The notes below the pieces were generated by a model that was not told the DNA's origin, searched no databases, and saw nothing but the letters and a program-made list of their open reading frames with translations. A DNA stretch of 64,000 bases, taken from contig MU004233.1 in NCBI GenBank assembly GCA_010405405.1, positions 1,129,122-1,193,121 on the forward strand, in the 5' to 3' direction. Below are positions 1-13,500 of this stretch, in pieces. Position numbers and translations under genes: made by a program. The DNA comes from Microthyrium microscopicum (taxonomy: Eukaryota). Positions within the stretch are counted from its first letter, which is position 1. Every line of letters starts with the position of its first letter.

Positions 1-3000
1 AACAACCACAATTGCCGACAAAACTGTGTCAGTTTCTCTGCCTTCTTGGGCTATCCATGGCTCATGAAAGCTATAAGTAGCGCCAGATAAGCCAGCATAG
101 AACCATGTTCAAGATGCCTGCGATTAAGGAAGTTCCTTCGAATAATCTATGAACCCTTCTGTTCCAAGCATCAGGCATCACAACATAGATTCCTACTAGT
201 ACTTACATGATCTGGAAGCAGGCGCTACTGTTTACGATTACATGAAGAGTCGTAATGGTTGTTCATCGCTATACTGTAAAAACTTGTCCCCATAACTTGG
301 AGGAAAAACTTTCATAATTCGAAGTTCAATCAATTGATCTTGACATCTTGCATCGCGGAGCACGGGTTCAATCTTCCAAACAACAATCGCTTTTTCCCGT
401 TTGAACCTTGCTGATTCGCTGAACCCAGCCTCGCGTGGTTCTTAATACCCTGTCATAACCCGTCGTAAAATGCTTCTTTTCTCCAGACATGTTAGGATCA
501 ACTCCGTGCTAAAAGTTGACAGTGGGGTATGGAATTGGAAGCCAGGATCAACCTGCTTGCAGACGAGAACCCCTGAAAAGTGCTTCACTTTTCATGCACC
601 CTTTCGATCGCGGTCCCACCACTCACGGCAAAGTGACGTTACCAGATATCTGGATATTACGGAAGCAGAATGCTGTGATATGACCGACACAGATTGTAAG
701 ACCTGAAGAAATACACACCAGTGGCCCGATGATAGGTCTGTATGAAATTTCGGCGAATACTTCTTGAAACGAAACGATTGAAGATAGCGAACAGGATCAT
801 GGATTGAAGCCGTCCCAAGACTTCGGCTCGGCCGAGGCGAGTTGGACTGGCCTGTTTAGACTCACTTTGATACACAAATGTCTTGTAACCGGCATCCAAG
901 CGAATTCAGTCCTGATATGAGGTTGTATCGCTGTAGGATCCCACTCGCCGCACGCATTGAGGCTTGTCTGTCACATCATGTCATAATCTTCGCCAAATTG
1001 TACGGACATGGGACTTTGCTTTTCCATTGTAACAACAAGCATGGGCTCTGCAAGCCCTATACTCATTGTTCCTGATGAACGTGCTGAAAGGAGGTACCTA
1101 TCTACGGAATTACAGTATTAGAAAGCCCAAAAGAGCATGGGATATTTGAAAGCAAAGGTCCATGGACGTTGAGCCCTCGCAATGAGCACTCCACACTGGT
1201 CTCGCGTGCGGACCATGAATGTAATCTAGATATATTACCTGTCAAGCCTGTCAGTTGGGATTCTAAAGTTTCTAATACCAACAACGTGGTTTTTGATGGA
1301 TTTTCCTTGAATTGAGAAAATCCTACGGAAGTTTTTGCCGATATTGAAAATGATAGTATCTGATGTATCCAAGATATTGGTCAAATAATGATCATCAGGT
1401 ATTGTAAACCTTATCTAGTGCTAATTCTCTCTTCAACTTCCTTTCAACATGAAATGTTTCAATCTCTGTCTAATATGTGGTACCACCGTTACATCGATAC
1501 AGCACCGCGGCATATCTATATGAAAATGCTCGTTGATAATGCGAAATCGGTGCTTGAGGCTCACCCAGGCGTCAAGGAGAAGAATCATTTAAAGTATGTT
1601 TTCCAGCTTTGTGATGCATACTTTTACGTTCTGGGTCAAGAGATATTTCATTATTTCCATTGGGTATTCTACCAGATATAGCGTTGGTAAGTACTCTAGT
1701 TGCTGAGCATTAGTTTTTATGACAGATAATTCCATGCGATGCTCATCGCAGTATTTATTCTTCAAGTTTTGATGTAAATTTGATGTAGACTCAAGTCTTT
1801 AACCTTGGAAATAGCTCCGGGTACTAGTACTCGATATCTGAGGATTATGCGGATAGGTAGTCTCGCTCATTAAGGTCGGCATGTGGTATATCATAATGAA
1901 AGACAGAACTGTAGCTCAAATCGAACAGACGAACAAAATTTTAAAACTCTAGTTGCGTACGAAGAATATTCCTTTTGATAACAATTCAAGGCCTTCCTTG
2001 AAGGCCAATGCGGCATAGTACTTCTCAATGAGCTTTCTATAGTCTTGATGCTAGATCTGTTGTGAAGAATGCAGTTGCGCATTCTTCGATGGTTCCGTGA
2101 AGTGATATGAAGAGATTGAGGCTATGCTAGAATGCAGATGCTACTCTACGATTTGGAATTCGAAGTTTTCGCAGTGTATAGCAACCGAACTAGAAGCAAT
2201 GTAGTAGCATACTGCGACTGGTCAGAGGTGATAGGTGATACACGATGACACCACTTAGGCTCTCAGCTTGTACGTCAGAGGCCATGTAATCAGCCTCATA
2301 TCCGAGGCTCTGGGCCTAAGTAATAGCCAGATAAACATGCTTCGTGGCTTTAGTTCCACGTCAATCGGATCGCACGCAGGGAGAAACCTTTGCTGACGAT
2401 GATGTAGACTTATGTGATGGAGACCGGACACATCACCGCCTTCTCGGATAGCACCGACCTTCGATATTCTTCTAGAAACCCAAGGTACCAATATGGATGT
2501 AGCTATAGCCTCTAGCATGAAGTACAGGCCCCAAACCTCTGAAAATAGGTTACCGGTACTGTGTTACGTCCCACAAACACTGCCTTGCCTACCTACCTGG
2601 GAGAGTCATCATTAGTCAGTCAGTCGGTAGCTCATGGTATACCTAATGCTATTTCGGTTCCGGTGTCATATCGTAGTCATCCATGGGAAAGCGAGAAGTC
2701 CTAGATTCTACAATATCATGGAATCCGTGAGCCTATATATCGTCGTCACGGTTGTACAAGTGGCAGTGAATTCGCTCAATTGAATCCACGGCCACGATAT
2801 ACACCTGGTCACAGTAAGGCTCAACTTGAGTAACGCTCGGTGTTAACGATGGAAAAGACGCAGAGTATCTTTCGGCCTTAACGACGGAATAGAGGCAGCG
2901 CTGCGTATGTATGAGTCTTGATACTACACAGGTACGATAGCTTCAGCCTTGGGATGAGTATCACGGAGTTCAGATCTTGGTAATCGAGGAGTATAAGAAC

Positions 3001-3103
3001 GGCGCCTGTTGCCAATGGTTATGCTAGTCGGATAACTCTCATCATCTAACTCATCCTTTGGGTATCATACAAGCTCTAACATTATCCTACTTGACCTTTC
3101 ACG

Positions 3104-3976
3104 ATGCATCTCTCGGCGACAATCGTCACTGTACTGCTCTCAGCATTTATCGCCACTGCAGCTCCATTCTCTAAGGCCAACCACGACGACAACCTTTCTC
3201 CAGACAAGTGCACAACGGGCTACAAATGCGACAACAAACTTCAGTCCCGCACCTATACACAATCAGAGCCAAATGCGCTTGGAGCAGACATTCCTAACCC
3301 AGCGAAGGACTCACCACCAGGTCGAGGAGGCCACAACCATTCCAAAGACCAAACCAAGAAGAGAAGCATAGTTACATCCCAAAACACGCATCCAGGACAT
3401 GGTCCCCCTCCACCACCTCCACCACCGCCATCCCTTCAACCACCTGGGCGAGGAGGCTACAACTCACCCAGTAAAGCACGCGCAGTGACTGAAAAGTTTG
3501 ATGCTCTGGGCCCAGTCAAACGACAACACCGCCCTACAGACGGCACAGATGGTCGAGGAGCCTACCAGAGAAGCGCCACAGAAAGCACACTCGATTCTAC
3601 CAGCGCACGCGAAGAACCCAACAGCCGTGCAGTCAAGAACTCACTGTCTAGCCATGGAGGACCCCATGGTGACACAGATGGCCGTGGAGGACATAACAAG
3701 AGAGCTGCAGAGCCAGATACCAGTGACTATGCAGTTCATGGGAACAACAAGAGTGGTAAGCCTGGGCGAAAGGGTAATGGAACGGATGGGCGTGGAGGGT
3801 ATAGCCCCAGCGCTACAAAGAGAAAGGTTGAAGATTCCACAGCTGTGGAAGATGTTGCTCTTGGGAGAGGTGGATACAACCACGAACCTTCCAAGCGAGA
3901 CATTGATGATGCTACAGCTGTGGCTGGAGAAGAGGATGTTGCCCTTGGTCGAGGTGGGTATAATCACGAGCCTTGA
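3104..3976 (+). CDS. Secreted Kex2-processed repeat protein (KEP), a peptide precursor with 7 GRG[GA][YH] cores
   Basis: Intronless 290-aa ORF. Hydrophobic signal peptide MHLSATIVTVLLSAFIATA-AP. Units ending PPGRGGHN, PPGRGGYN, TDGRGAY, TDGRGGHN, TDGRGGY, ALGRGGYN and ALGRGGYN are separated by KR/R sites. TATA-like GTATAAG near 2991. Confidence 0.85.
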   Translation: MHLSATIVTVLLSAFIATAAPFSKANHDDNLSPDKCTTGYKCDNKLQSRTYTQSEPNALGADIPNPAKDSPPGRGGHNHSKDQTKKRSIVTSQNTHPGHGPPPPPPPPPSLQPPGRGGYNSPSKARAVTEKFDALGPVKRQHRPTDGTDGRGAYQRSATESTLDSTSAREEPNSRAVKNSLSSHGGPHGDTDGRGGHNKRAAEPDTSDYAVHGNNKSGKPGRKGNGTDGRGGYSPSATKRKVEDSTAVEDVALGRGGYNHEPSKRDIDDATAVAGEEDVALGRGGYNHEP

Positions 3977-5586
3977 ACGTGATGAATCTGCTTTTGGGAT
4001 TTTTTGCGGGAACTAGTTTGATGTCTGTCAGTGTCATAGATTGTGATTACAAGCGATGTGTGCGACGTTACTTGAGCTGCTATATACCGCCTGATAGACG
4101 ACTCGCACCAAGATTGTGGCTCAGATGGGAGTTTACCGGGATTAGTTACTTCTTTTACTTTTGCTATTTCTGCTGTTTTTAGAAATATAAGCTCTCTGCT
4201 CATCATACTCTCTTGCTTTGTCATGGTGTTCGGTTTCGTCTGCGTCTATATGGACCAGGATAGGAGCATGTTGGCCTAGAATGGTAGCAGTGAAGCGTAC
4301 AAATGGCAGTGCTGGATGCTTGCCAGTGTCCAGACACGCCAATCGAAACCAGGAACTTATCCAAATACTTATTTGAGAAGAATAGTCGAGTTTGTTCTTG
4401 AATCTTGATGGCGCATGGTGGTTGGACAAGAGAACCATAGCTCCAAAACATTGTGATGCGAACGCAAGGCAGAACCTCGAGGACGCGACAGCAACTAAGC
4501 CTAAATCGAGCAGTTCGTCGACGAAGTCCAGTGAAGCTTGTTCTTGAGGATCCTCATCGCCCAGTTTCGTAACGTAATGTTGGAATAGGCAACCATATTA
4601 CCGCCCTCTAATCCTACGAAGAGGAGCAGTTCAGCTAGCATTGCGCATTAAACTGAGGGGTAAAGCCTCCATCTTTCACGATATAGGGCTTGCCTGTCTT
4701 AAGATAGTACGAGGGACTTGATATCGCGAGCGACTAAACCGTTCGTCCGATGGGAGGCGACTGTCAAACCAAGGTCGGAGCGCAGAGAGCTTCAGGTACG
4801 TGACGACTGTCATTCGGGATGATCCAAGACGGAAAGACATTGCCGAACATGGAAAATAGACTCTAGACACGGCAAGAGGACGGGACGACCGTAGCGAGCG
4901 GAAGAATACTGGTGAAACAGGCAATGGTGAAGATCTTGTAGGAAACGGGAGAAATGGATTGGTTCCTGGTTTCTGATTTTTGACATTTAGATGCTCAGCC
5001 ACAATGATCATACTTTTGCCAGCTCGCCTAATATGCATACATAACTCTCTGCAGAGATCTATGTTTTGCCACAACAAATTGAATGCATTGTATGGATCAT
5101 ACTTTTGGGCATGTGGCGCGTATAGAAAGTGAGGTCATTGGAGCAGAAGGATCATCCAAGAAGAACCACGAGCAGCTGAGCTCTGAACCAAAAACCCAAC
5201 GCCTCATATTACTCTCTCCGCTTCACACTTTTTGAGATACTTGCTTTGCCTGCTTTATCATCGCTCACTTATCCGCCTTTTGAGCCTCACAAGTCACTAC
5301 TATTCTTGCCTCATTACCCCCGTTTGACCGCTCCCAATCCTCTGCCCCTCTACCAAACCACTTCAACAGCATCCACGGGTTATTCTCCAAACACCAACGA
5401 GTCATTCACACCTCTTAAACCTTTCTACCTGCCAGGAAGCTCTTACTACGCTCAAACAACTCCTCCTCCCTCTGCTACACACTATCTCGCCGCTTTTCCG
5501 TCGAGCACACTCGGGCATTATAGAACGACCAATACCACCCAGTAACCCAACCAGGCATCGACGCCAGCCTAATCCACCTCTTCCAA

Positions 5587-7585
5587 ATGGCTTCCTCACT
5601 ATCCATAATAGACTCACACGGGGTGCGCCGGAAAGACACCACAAAAGGCCCGCCATTACGAATATTGTCTCTAGGTAAGCGCCAAGCTCAAAATCACCGA
5701 CACCAGGCTAACGAGGAAATATAGATGGCGGCGGCATTAGAGGCTACTCAATGCTCATAATACTCCAAGAAATCATGCACCGAACCTTTGTCGAAATGGA
5801 AGGCCGAGCACCTAAGAGACACGAAATTCCAAAACCATGCGATCACTTCGATCTGATCGTCGGAACCGGCACCGGAGGACTGATCGCGCTGATGCTTGGC
5901 AGAATGCGGCTGACTGTCGAGCAATGTAAGGACGTCTATGTGCGCATGACAAAGAAGGTCTTCGAGACGGATAAAACTATTGCTGGAATTCCCTATCGAT
6001 CTACACTATTTAAGGCTTCGAGGCTGGAAGATGCGATTCGAGAATGCGTACGCGAGCATACCGTTTATGCATCGGAAGGGAATGATGAGGACGATGCTGA
6101 AGAACCCGAATCCCCATCCACTCCAACTTCATCACACCCTGGTAGACCGACAAGGAGTCTGAGTGTTACTAGCCGGTATAGTCAGATTGGAACTGGTCCT
6201 ACTCATACGGATCTGAGAAATTCGTTTCGTTCCTCTAGGTGGGGAAATCCGAATGCTCATCTGTATGACAATAGGGCCAATAGAACTAAGACGTAAGTGT
6301 TTTTAGGAACCTTTAATTGTAGATCGCTAATTTAGACAGTGCTGTGACTGCGGTTTACAAAGGAACAAAACGAGGCGCTCCTCCCGCCCTACTTCGATCC
6401 TACGACTCCCGGAAAGAGACTGCGGCAGAAGAACGGTGCATGATATGGCAAGCCGGCCGCGCAACCTGTGCAACCCAACTCGCTTTCAAACCTATACAAG
6501 TTGGACAATCCGTTTTTCTCGATGAAGGAGTTGGAAAATACAATCCCTCTCCACTAGCCTTAGACGAAGCGGTTTTGAACGAATGGCCTGGCCGAGATGT
6601 TGGTGTTTTTGTCAGTATTGGCACTGGAAAACGACCGGGTGGAACCAGTGCCCAACAACATCTCTGGTGGGAGGGGTTTGTGTCTAGCGGACTCAGCGAC
6701 TTTGCTGAAGCACGCCGTCGGCTGATATCCAAGATCGAAGGGTGCGAAGACACCCATCAGGAAATGATCCACGGCCGATTAGCCGACCGAGGCGTGAATG
6801 TCGAAAATTATTATCGACTAAATGTTGAAGTCGGCGTTGGCGAGTTTGGAATGAACGAGTGGAACCGCCTCGCAGATATCAGCACCAGTACAAGAATGTA
6901 TCTCGCACAGAACCAAATACAGAGCATGAACATATCATCGGCAACGAAACTGGCACGAATCTGGAAACACAACATCCGCTACAACCGCGCTCTGCGTCAA
7001 GGGCAATCTCCCGACCCTAGACTGCCACGCAACTCGTGGGAATACCAGGACTATCAAGAATCCAACGAGCCAGAACCACCGCTCGTAGCCGGCGCTGTCG
7101 AGCTCCCTGCCGAAGACGTCGGCTCCCAAGGATCCAGACCATCATTCGACGAAGATAGAACGCCTACACAAACATATGCCACGCCTCAAATACCGAATCA
7201 AGCACGTCCTCCTCACCGACAAGGATCCGAAGACGACAAATTCATCGTCATGGCACCAACCCCCACAGAGTATGAAGCTCATCACCCATATCCTACCATA
7301 AATGTCACTCCACCACCATCACGGCTAAGCTATGCTGCGCCACCGAGTACGATTGATTTTGCGACGAGGCCGCATCCTCCTGCTGGGCCGCCGCCTATTC
7401 CACCGAAGACTCCTCTCAATGGCCATGTTTCGCTGGCCGGATCTACTCCGTCTCCAGGGAACCGGCCGCCGGGCGTGTCGGGGACTATGAATCGACCGCC
7501 GGCTGGAGCGCTGCCATACCCTGATACTGATGGACCGCCGCCTGTTCCGAATTTGGCGCGGAAACCGGAGTTTGGGAAACGTTGA
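5587..7585 (+). CDS. Patatin-like phospholipase domain protein (iPLA2-gamma-like) with Pro-rich C-terminal tail; 3 exons
   Basis: ATG at 5587; introns ~5675-5724 and ~6293-6338. Spliced LRILSL-DGGGIRG, CDHFDLIVGTGTGG, WQAGRATCA, FLDEG, VSIGTG and YYRLNV are all patatin motifs. Confidence 0.9.
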
Positions 7586-8440
7586 GGTCTCAAATTCTAT
7601 ATTCTCGGTTCTTTGTCGAATATGTTGGAAGATACCTCGTATTTCACGGCCTTCTATTGATGATGCCAGTCGGCACCTTAGAATCACGACACGATTATGT
7701 CAATAATGATAGTACAAAGAAGAGGTCTAGAGTTTGCACAGCAGTATTTCGAGCGAGTTTATTCTGCTGGAGAAGATCTGAAAAGGAATTTACTCCCAGG
7801 ATTGGTGGAAGGATAAGGCGGGAACGAACTGAGTCACGAAGTTTACGACCATTTGATTTTGAAATGATATCCAGTGTGAATTAGTATCAATATAGGGTGT
7901 CTAATGCATTATGTTAATATTCATATTCCGTTTTCAAGACTTGTGATATTGTAGGCTTACAGTGGAAGGCAGGTATGTCGAAGATGTCCTCACAAATTCA
8001 GGCAAGTTTCTCAGTTTCCCACCGCTGTTCATGTCTAACACAGCTGTAATCAAACTCATCCTCTACAGACTCATCATTTGAGGTTCATCACTAGCGGTGG
8101 CTTCCAACAACGTATAGCTCTGCTTCCTCAATAGGTCCCCATCCTTTCGAACCTCACATGAGAATATGATTGCTTAGGAGAGCTTCCTCAGTAGCTCAGT
8201 CAGTTGTATTGTTTCTGCACCTCACTCGGCTTCTGAATATCTTCAACCCCTTTCAACTTTCGTAGCTTCAAGTGACATCCGAAGCTTTTCTTGGGATCGA
8301 TGTCTATAAAGCCTCTCCACTGACTCTTTATCCTCCAAACTTCTTCATCACAATCACTAAGTTTCTCTTTGCACACGAAACATTCTTCAAGGTACCTTTG
8401 ACCAGCTTTCATCTCAGTATTCCCATTAGCTACCATCGTC

Positions 8441-9714
8441 ATGCAACGAGTCTCCTCCGATCAAGTCGATGAAGAAGCGACTCGCCACTTCTGGGACTTT
8501 TTCCGGAGCAAACTGCCCAACTCTCTCAATGACTCCCAGAAAGATGAAGTCATCGATTGCTTCAGCGGTTTTCTTAGCCTTGGCGGCAAAGAAGTCGACC
8601 ACTTCAATGGTATCTTTCGTGCCGGCGAGACCGATGCCGATGGACCAAAGTTCAAGACACTGTCCGACATTCCAAATGATCTAGTTGCCAAGGTGAAGAG
8701 CATGAATCCAGACGTCGCGGGATTGCCTATGGGCTCCAAGCAGATCGGCAACATGGCCCAGGGTGTCAAGTTTGATGAGCAAAAGGCTGCCATCGAACTC
8801 ATGGTACGATGCCCCATCTTAACATTGTCGCCATGCTTTCTAACACACGCGACTAGAATAATCATCCTGAATTTGCACATTTCCGCCGCATCCTTCCAGA
8901 GACAATCTATTCCCTCAGTATCGCTATTCGAGAGATGGGTCACGCCTTGCCATACAAACTGGTCCCACAAGCTCTTTGCTTTTGGGTCTACCACTCATCT
9001 AAAATTGGCTTACTCGGAAATATCGAAAGTCGAAAACTCGCACTACATGGACTATCGAAACTCATTGACAAGCATCCTGATTCCAGATACCTCGCTACTC
9101 AGATTAGTGATATGTTCAAGAAATTGCACGAGACTACTAAGCGAGAACAGCGAATGGCCGAGCGTGGTCTTGCTGCCCAAGTCGCCATGAGAGAGTGCTT
9201 TGATGGTGCTATTGAGCGTATCTTTGCAAAGGATGGGCGGGCTGCTCGCGGTGGTCTAGCCTGGACGGCAGATAGAAAAGCGTCTGAAGCTCGTTTCGTC
9301 AAGTGGGCGAAGAAGAAGGACACGACGCTGTATCTTCAGGCCGAGACTATGAAGCGTCTCTACACCGAGGCCGCCATCACCGCTGCTGAGAAAGTCGCCA
9401 ACGGAATTGCACTTGTTGGTAAACAGGATAGATTTGAACAGACCATGCTCGAAGGTGTTCAGATGATGAAGGACACGCGAGATGAAGCTCACAAGATGGA
9501 CCGAAATGAGCAAACTAAGCAGGCCGATGCTATCGTTGACTTTGTTCGCGAAATTCAAAAGTGCTTGGCCAAGATTGATGAGGGTGGTGACAATGATGAG
9601 GATCAACAGCGCGAGGACAACGAGGAGGAAGGCAGCGAGGGCGGCAGCAATGGTGCTAGCAGCAATAACACTGCTACCGATGGTCGATCTGATGACGAGA
9701 TGATCGATGGCTAA
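8441..9714 (+). CDS. Orphan helical protein (~406 aa); distant member of the family arrayed at 43.8-55.9 kb
   Basis: Exon 8441-8803; intron 8804-8856 (GTACGA...CTAAC...TAG, phase 0); exon 8857-9714 is in frame with ORF 8935..9714. Acidic tail. Junction FDEQKAAIELM|NNHPEF matches the array junction. Confidence 0.75.
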
Positions 9715-10526
9715 GTTGGAGCTTGCGCAATTGGGATAGAAGAGTTGTACAAGGTCAATGAATGGAGAGGGCTCTTTTCTAGGTCATACCGACTTTGATG
9801 GCTATAGAGGCTTTCATATCAAAAACGGTGCACGAGACAGATTTAGGATAGAAAAACGAACATCTCTGAGGTTTTTGATGTTTGCGTAATTGTTTAGCCT
9901 CACGACACAGTCAGTGACCTTTAAGCCAGTGCTATTTTCACGTCTTTAAGTTGACAATATAGAGGAGTACTTTGTTCTTCCTACCATCATCTTGAACGCA
10001 AAGCAGCATGACATATCTGGTGTTCCGTTAACATCATCGTGTTAAGAATAGTTTAAATGGGCCATCCATCAAAGGCATTGCTTATCATTCACCTGTAGGT
10101 AGTATTTTCCTGGTTAAGTCTTTATGTTCAAATCGAATTATACGGCAATATGAACTCGCGATATATCGTATCGATTATCAACAATACCCATTTGCCTAAG
10201 CTGATAGAAAACATCAGAAGTCACTGCATGGAGGAGATGGACACAAAATCAATGCTTTCTATTGCTTTTCAGAGGCTATCTAATTACAAATCCTGCTTAT
10301 CATGAGATCAAAAAACCTTTCTTTCGGGGTGCATTGCGATGTCCAGTTGCAGACACCACATGACGATCCATCTGATCACAGCTCAACAAACTGAGGTAGT
10401 CCATGAGCCAAATCTCAAATTCGCCCACCAGCTGATCTTACAAACGATTTATGTATCGCTCCCAAAGTGTTGTAAGCCGCTCGTTATTCCACCATCGGCA
10501 CTGTGTCGTCTTCCTCGCATTATTTT

Positions 10527-13500
10527 TCAATATCGTTCAATGTCGTTCTCGTCTCCAGCAATACCGAAGTCGTCATCGTCGAAAATGAAGTCGTCTTTCT
10601 TCTTCTTATTGTCTCGAGAGACTTCGAGACCTCCCTGTACGACTGCGAGATCTGGCATTTCGTCGTCATCATCACGACCACCATTGTCATCATCATCTTC
10701 GTCATCACTGTCATCACTATGCTGATCTGAACTTTGGTCGTTCATAGGTATTTGTTGTCCGTCATTAGCGTCTGTATCACTCGGAATCAAGATGAACTCC
10801 TCTGGGTATCGAACTGGAAGCATGAGATCACAGCCAGTATTAGTTTCACCCACGGCATTGGGGCCCACATTCAGGATTGAGGTTTGCTCAAGATATTGAT
10901 GGTGGCGGTCGAGATTGAACTCAAAGTAAGTCTTCTTTCCGTCGACTTCTTCGGAGTGTCGATGAGCCAAGACATCCATGTCTACAGTATCGATTCCGAC
11001 GAGGTGATAGATGTTGACTTGTTGCGCTTGACCGGTTCGCACAACACGTCCGATTGCCTGAACCATCTTCTTTTCGTAGTCATCTCTGCTTGTAGTGAAG
11101 TAGGGCGACCAGAAAATTATATGCCGCGCCATTGTCAGATTGGACCCAGATATAGCCTCGTCCCTGATATCCATGGCTAGTACTCGCACGTCAGGTTTGT
11201 GCATGAAGTTTTCTATAGCCGTTCGACGCTTTGCTGTGTAACTCTTTTGGGTTGGGACTATTTCAACATTGATGCCAGCCGCCTTGAACCATTCTTGAAT
11301 ATAATTCAGGACTTCCTGGCCTTGGACAAATACTAGAGCCTTCTCCTGATTTCTTTTCCCTGGTTTAGGCTCACGGGTTAAGATTCTATGCAGGAAATGC
11401 TCTTTAGAGACCCCGAAAAGGAGTGGCCACTTTGTAGATTGCTGCAACGGTGCCGTATGGGTAGCATCGTCGCCTTTCGGACGCTTCTTGTTTTCTGGAG
11501 AACTATGAGCAGATTTGTAAATGGTGTTACTTTTTCTCTTTTGGCTCTTGCGTGTACCATTAGAGAGATCAAGGCCGGAGATTTCAAGAGCTTCTTTGTC
11601 TCTTGGCTTATTGTTATCGGCGTTAGGAGCGTCCAAGCTCGCAAAAGTGATGTAAGGGTCAAAATCGCTGCTGCGTGTATCGGATCTCTCTTGCGTCAGG
11701 TGTAAGGCCTCCGCTTGCTTGAAGTCATCTAGCTCGACAAGTACATTGCATCCACGAGCTGGACATGTACCGTGATGCTGCGGATTCAGACAGTGCGGGC
11801 AAATAATGTGACCACAGATCAGTGAGATGTAGTAATCCGACGGGTCACATTTATCAATTGCCAGGCAGGATGTGCATTCTATTACGATGGTAGTCTGACC
11901 TCGAGCGAGGTGATAATAGCCAGTGGCGAAGCACAAGCTTGTGAGGCTCTTGACGTACCGCTCAGTCTGTACAGATGTGATGAATCCGCGAGTTATTGAC
12001 TGCAATCGGCTGATTGCTTTCCTAAGGTTGCCCGAACCAGTAGGCTCCTTATGGTCTTGCTTTCGTAAGGACGCAATTACTTGAATAGTAATTGCGTCAT
12101 CATAATCAGTATTTACTTTGGTGTATGGCTTTCGAAAGCAATCATTCAAGCGGGTCGTCCCAATACTAATCGCGTGGCTGGCACGTTGCAGCTTCGCAGG
12201 ATCCGCAGACTGAGTTTCAGAGATCAATTTAGAAGCTGCGACGTTGTGCTTGCCTTCTACCCCCTCGGTCCACATTTTGACATTTGGGTCTTGGAAAGAT
12301 TCGAAAACCTTCCATACCATGTAGAAATCCCCAAATGAATCATTTTCCCTTTCTACTAAAGCATTGGTAAGTTGCTTTGCAAATTCAACGGCTTGAGTAG
12401 TGCGATCGCTTTGGCGAACGAGTAATAGTTCTTGTAGTTCTTGACCATCATGCTGAGATGTTCTTTGATGTTGAAGATCTACTTGATTGGTCTTTGGAAA
12501 AATGCCTGCCTTGATGATAAGAGTTTCCTCGGGAAATTTGTTCTTCTTGAATTCGTTTTTCATTCCAGTGGCTCTCGGGGGCCCACCTGCGTGGGCGTTG
12601 TCGCCGACCCTGAAACCTTTTGCTTTCAGGAACTGTACATACTCCTGACACACAACTTGTTGTACAGGAGGCAAGCACAATGGTACGATGAAGCTTTTGG
12701 GCCTCATATTCGTGACTTTGGGATCTCCTCTATTCTTACGGACAAATGAATGAAGAAAGCTTTGAGCTTGTCGTCGCCGCTCTATATGCCACCCGTGGGA
12801 CCGGTTTTCTTCGTAGAAGTACATAAACTTGTCCATGGGACTGAGTTCCGAAAATATTATCTTACCACTGGTTGACGTGATCGTTCCAGGTGTGATATCC
12901 GGCTTTCCAAGCATTATTCCCCAGAAACTGGCTGTCCTATTGACTTCGTGGAAGTCCTGAAAGGATGGAGTACCAGATAAAAGCCAGCGTTTGTCGGCGA
13001 CCAAACCACAAAGCAGCGACCAACAGTTCTCGATATCATTGGCGTTGTTCTTCGTAGTGGCTAGAAAAGCAAATTCATCCACAATTAATCGATTCCACTG
13101 GAATTTGTGGAAAATGGGAGTATTAAGTCTCGTCAATTGCGTTTCATTCTTCTCTTTGTTGATACCACTTCTATTTTCCAGTTTTTCCATACATGCCCGG
13201 ATGAACATTTGGAAAGGATGACCATGATCGATGACCGTGGACGTTCCGGGTTCTTTGACTTTTTGGTTCTCTTCAGGCTCCGGCTCTTCGGTCCCCAGGA
13301 TTTCAATCTCCACTTCCTCGCTCTCCGACTCTCCGTTTTCTGACTCCATATTCGATGAAGAAGAAGGCTTTGATATTCTGGAAGACTCCGAATTTTGCTT
13401 TCGCGACTTATCTTTACGTTTAGATTTTCTTTCTTTGATTGTCCTACGAGGAATGGAAACATCTCCAGCCCAGGATGAGAACAGTTCAACGTATTTATCA

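Noticed and set aside
1280..1681. Possible degenerate coding remnant around ORF 1388..1681
   Set aside because: Protein-like stretches broken by stops, but no recognisable homology or gene structure.
3498..4016. 172-aa alternative-frame ORF overlapping the KEP
   Set aside because: Off-frame by-product of the repetitive KEP; no independent features.
4220..5077. Coding-like fragments downstream of the KEP, considered as a possible tailoring gene
   Set aside because: Multiple stops in all frames and no HxxHC (DUF3328) or other enzyme motif.
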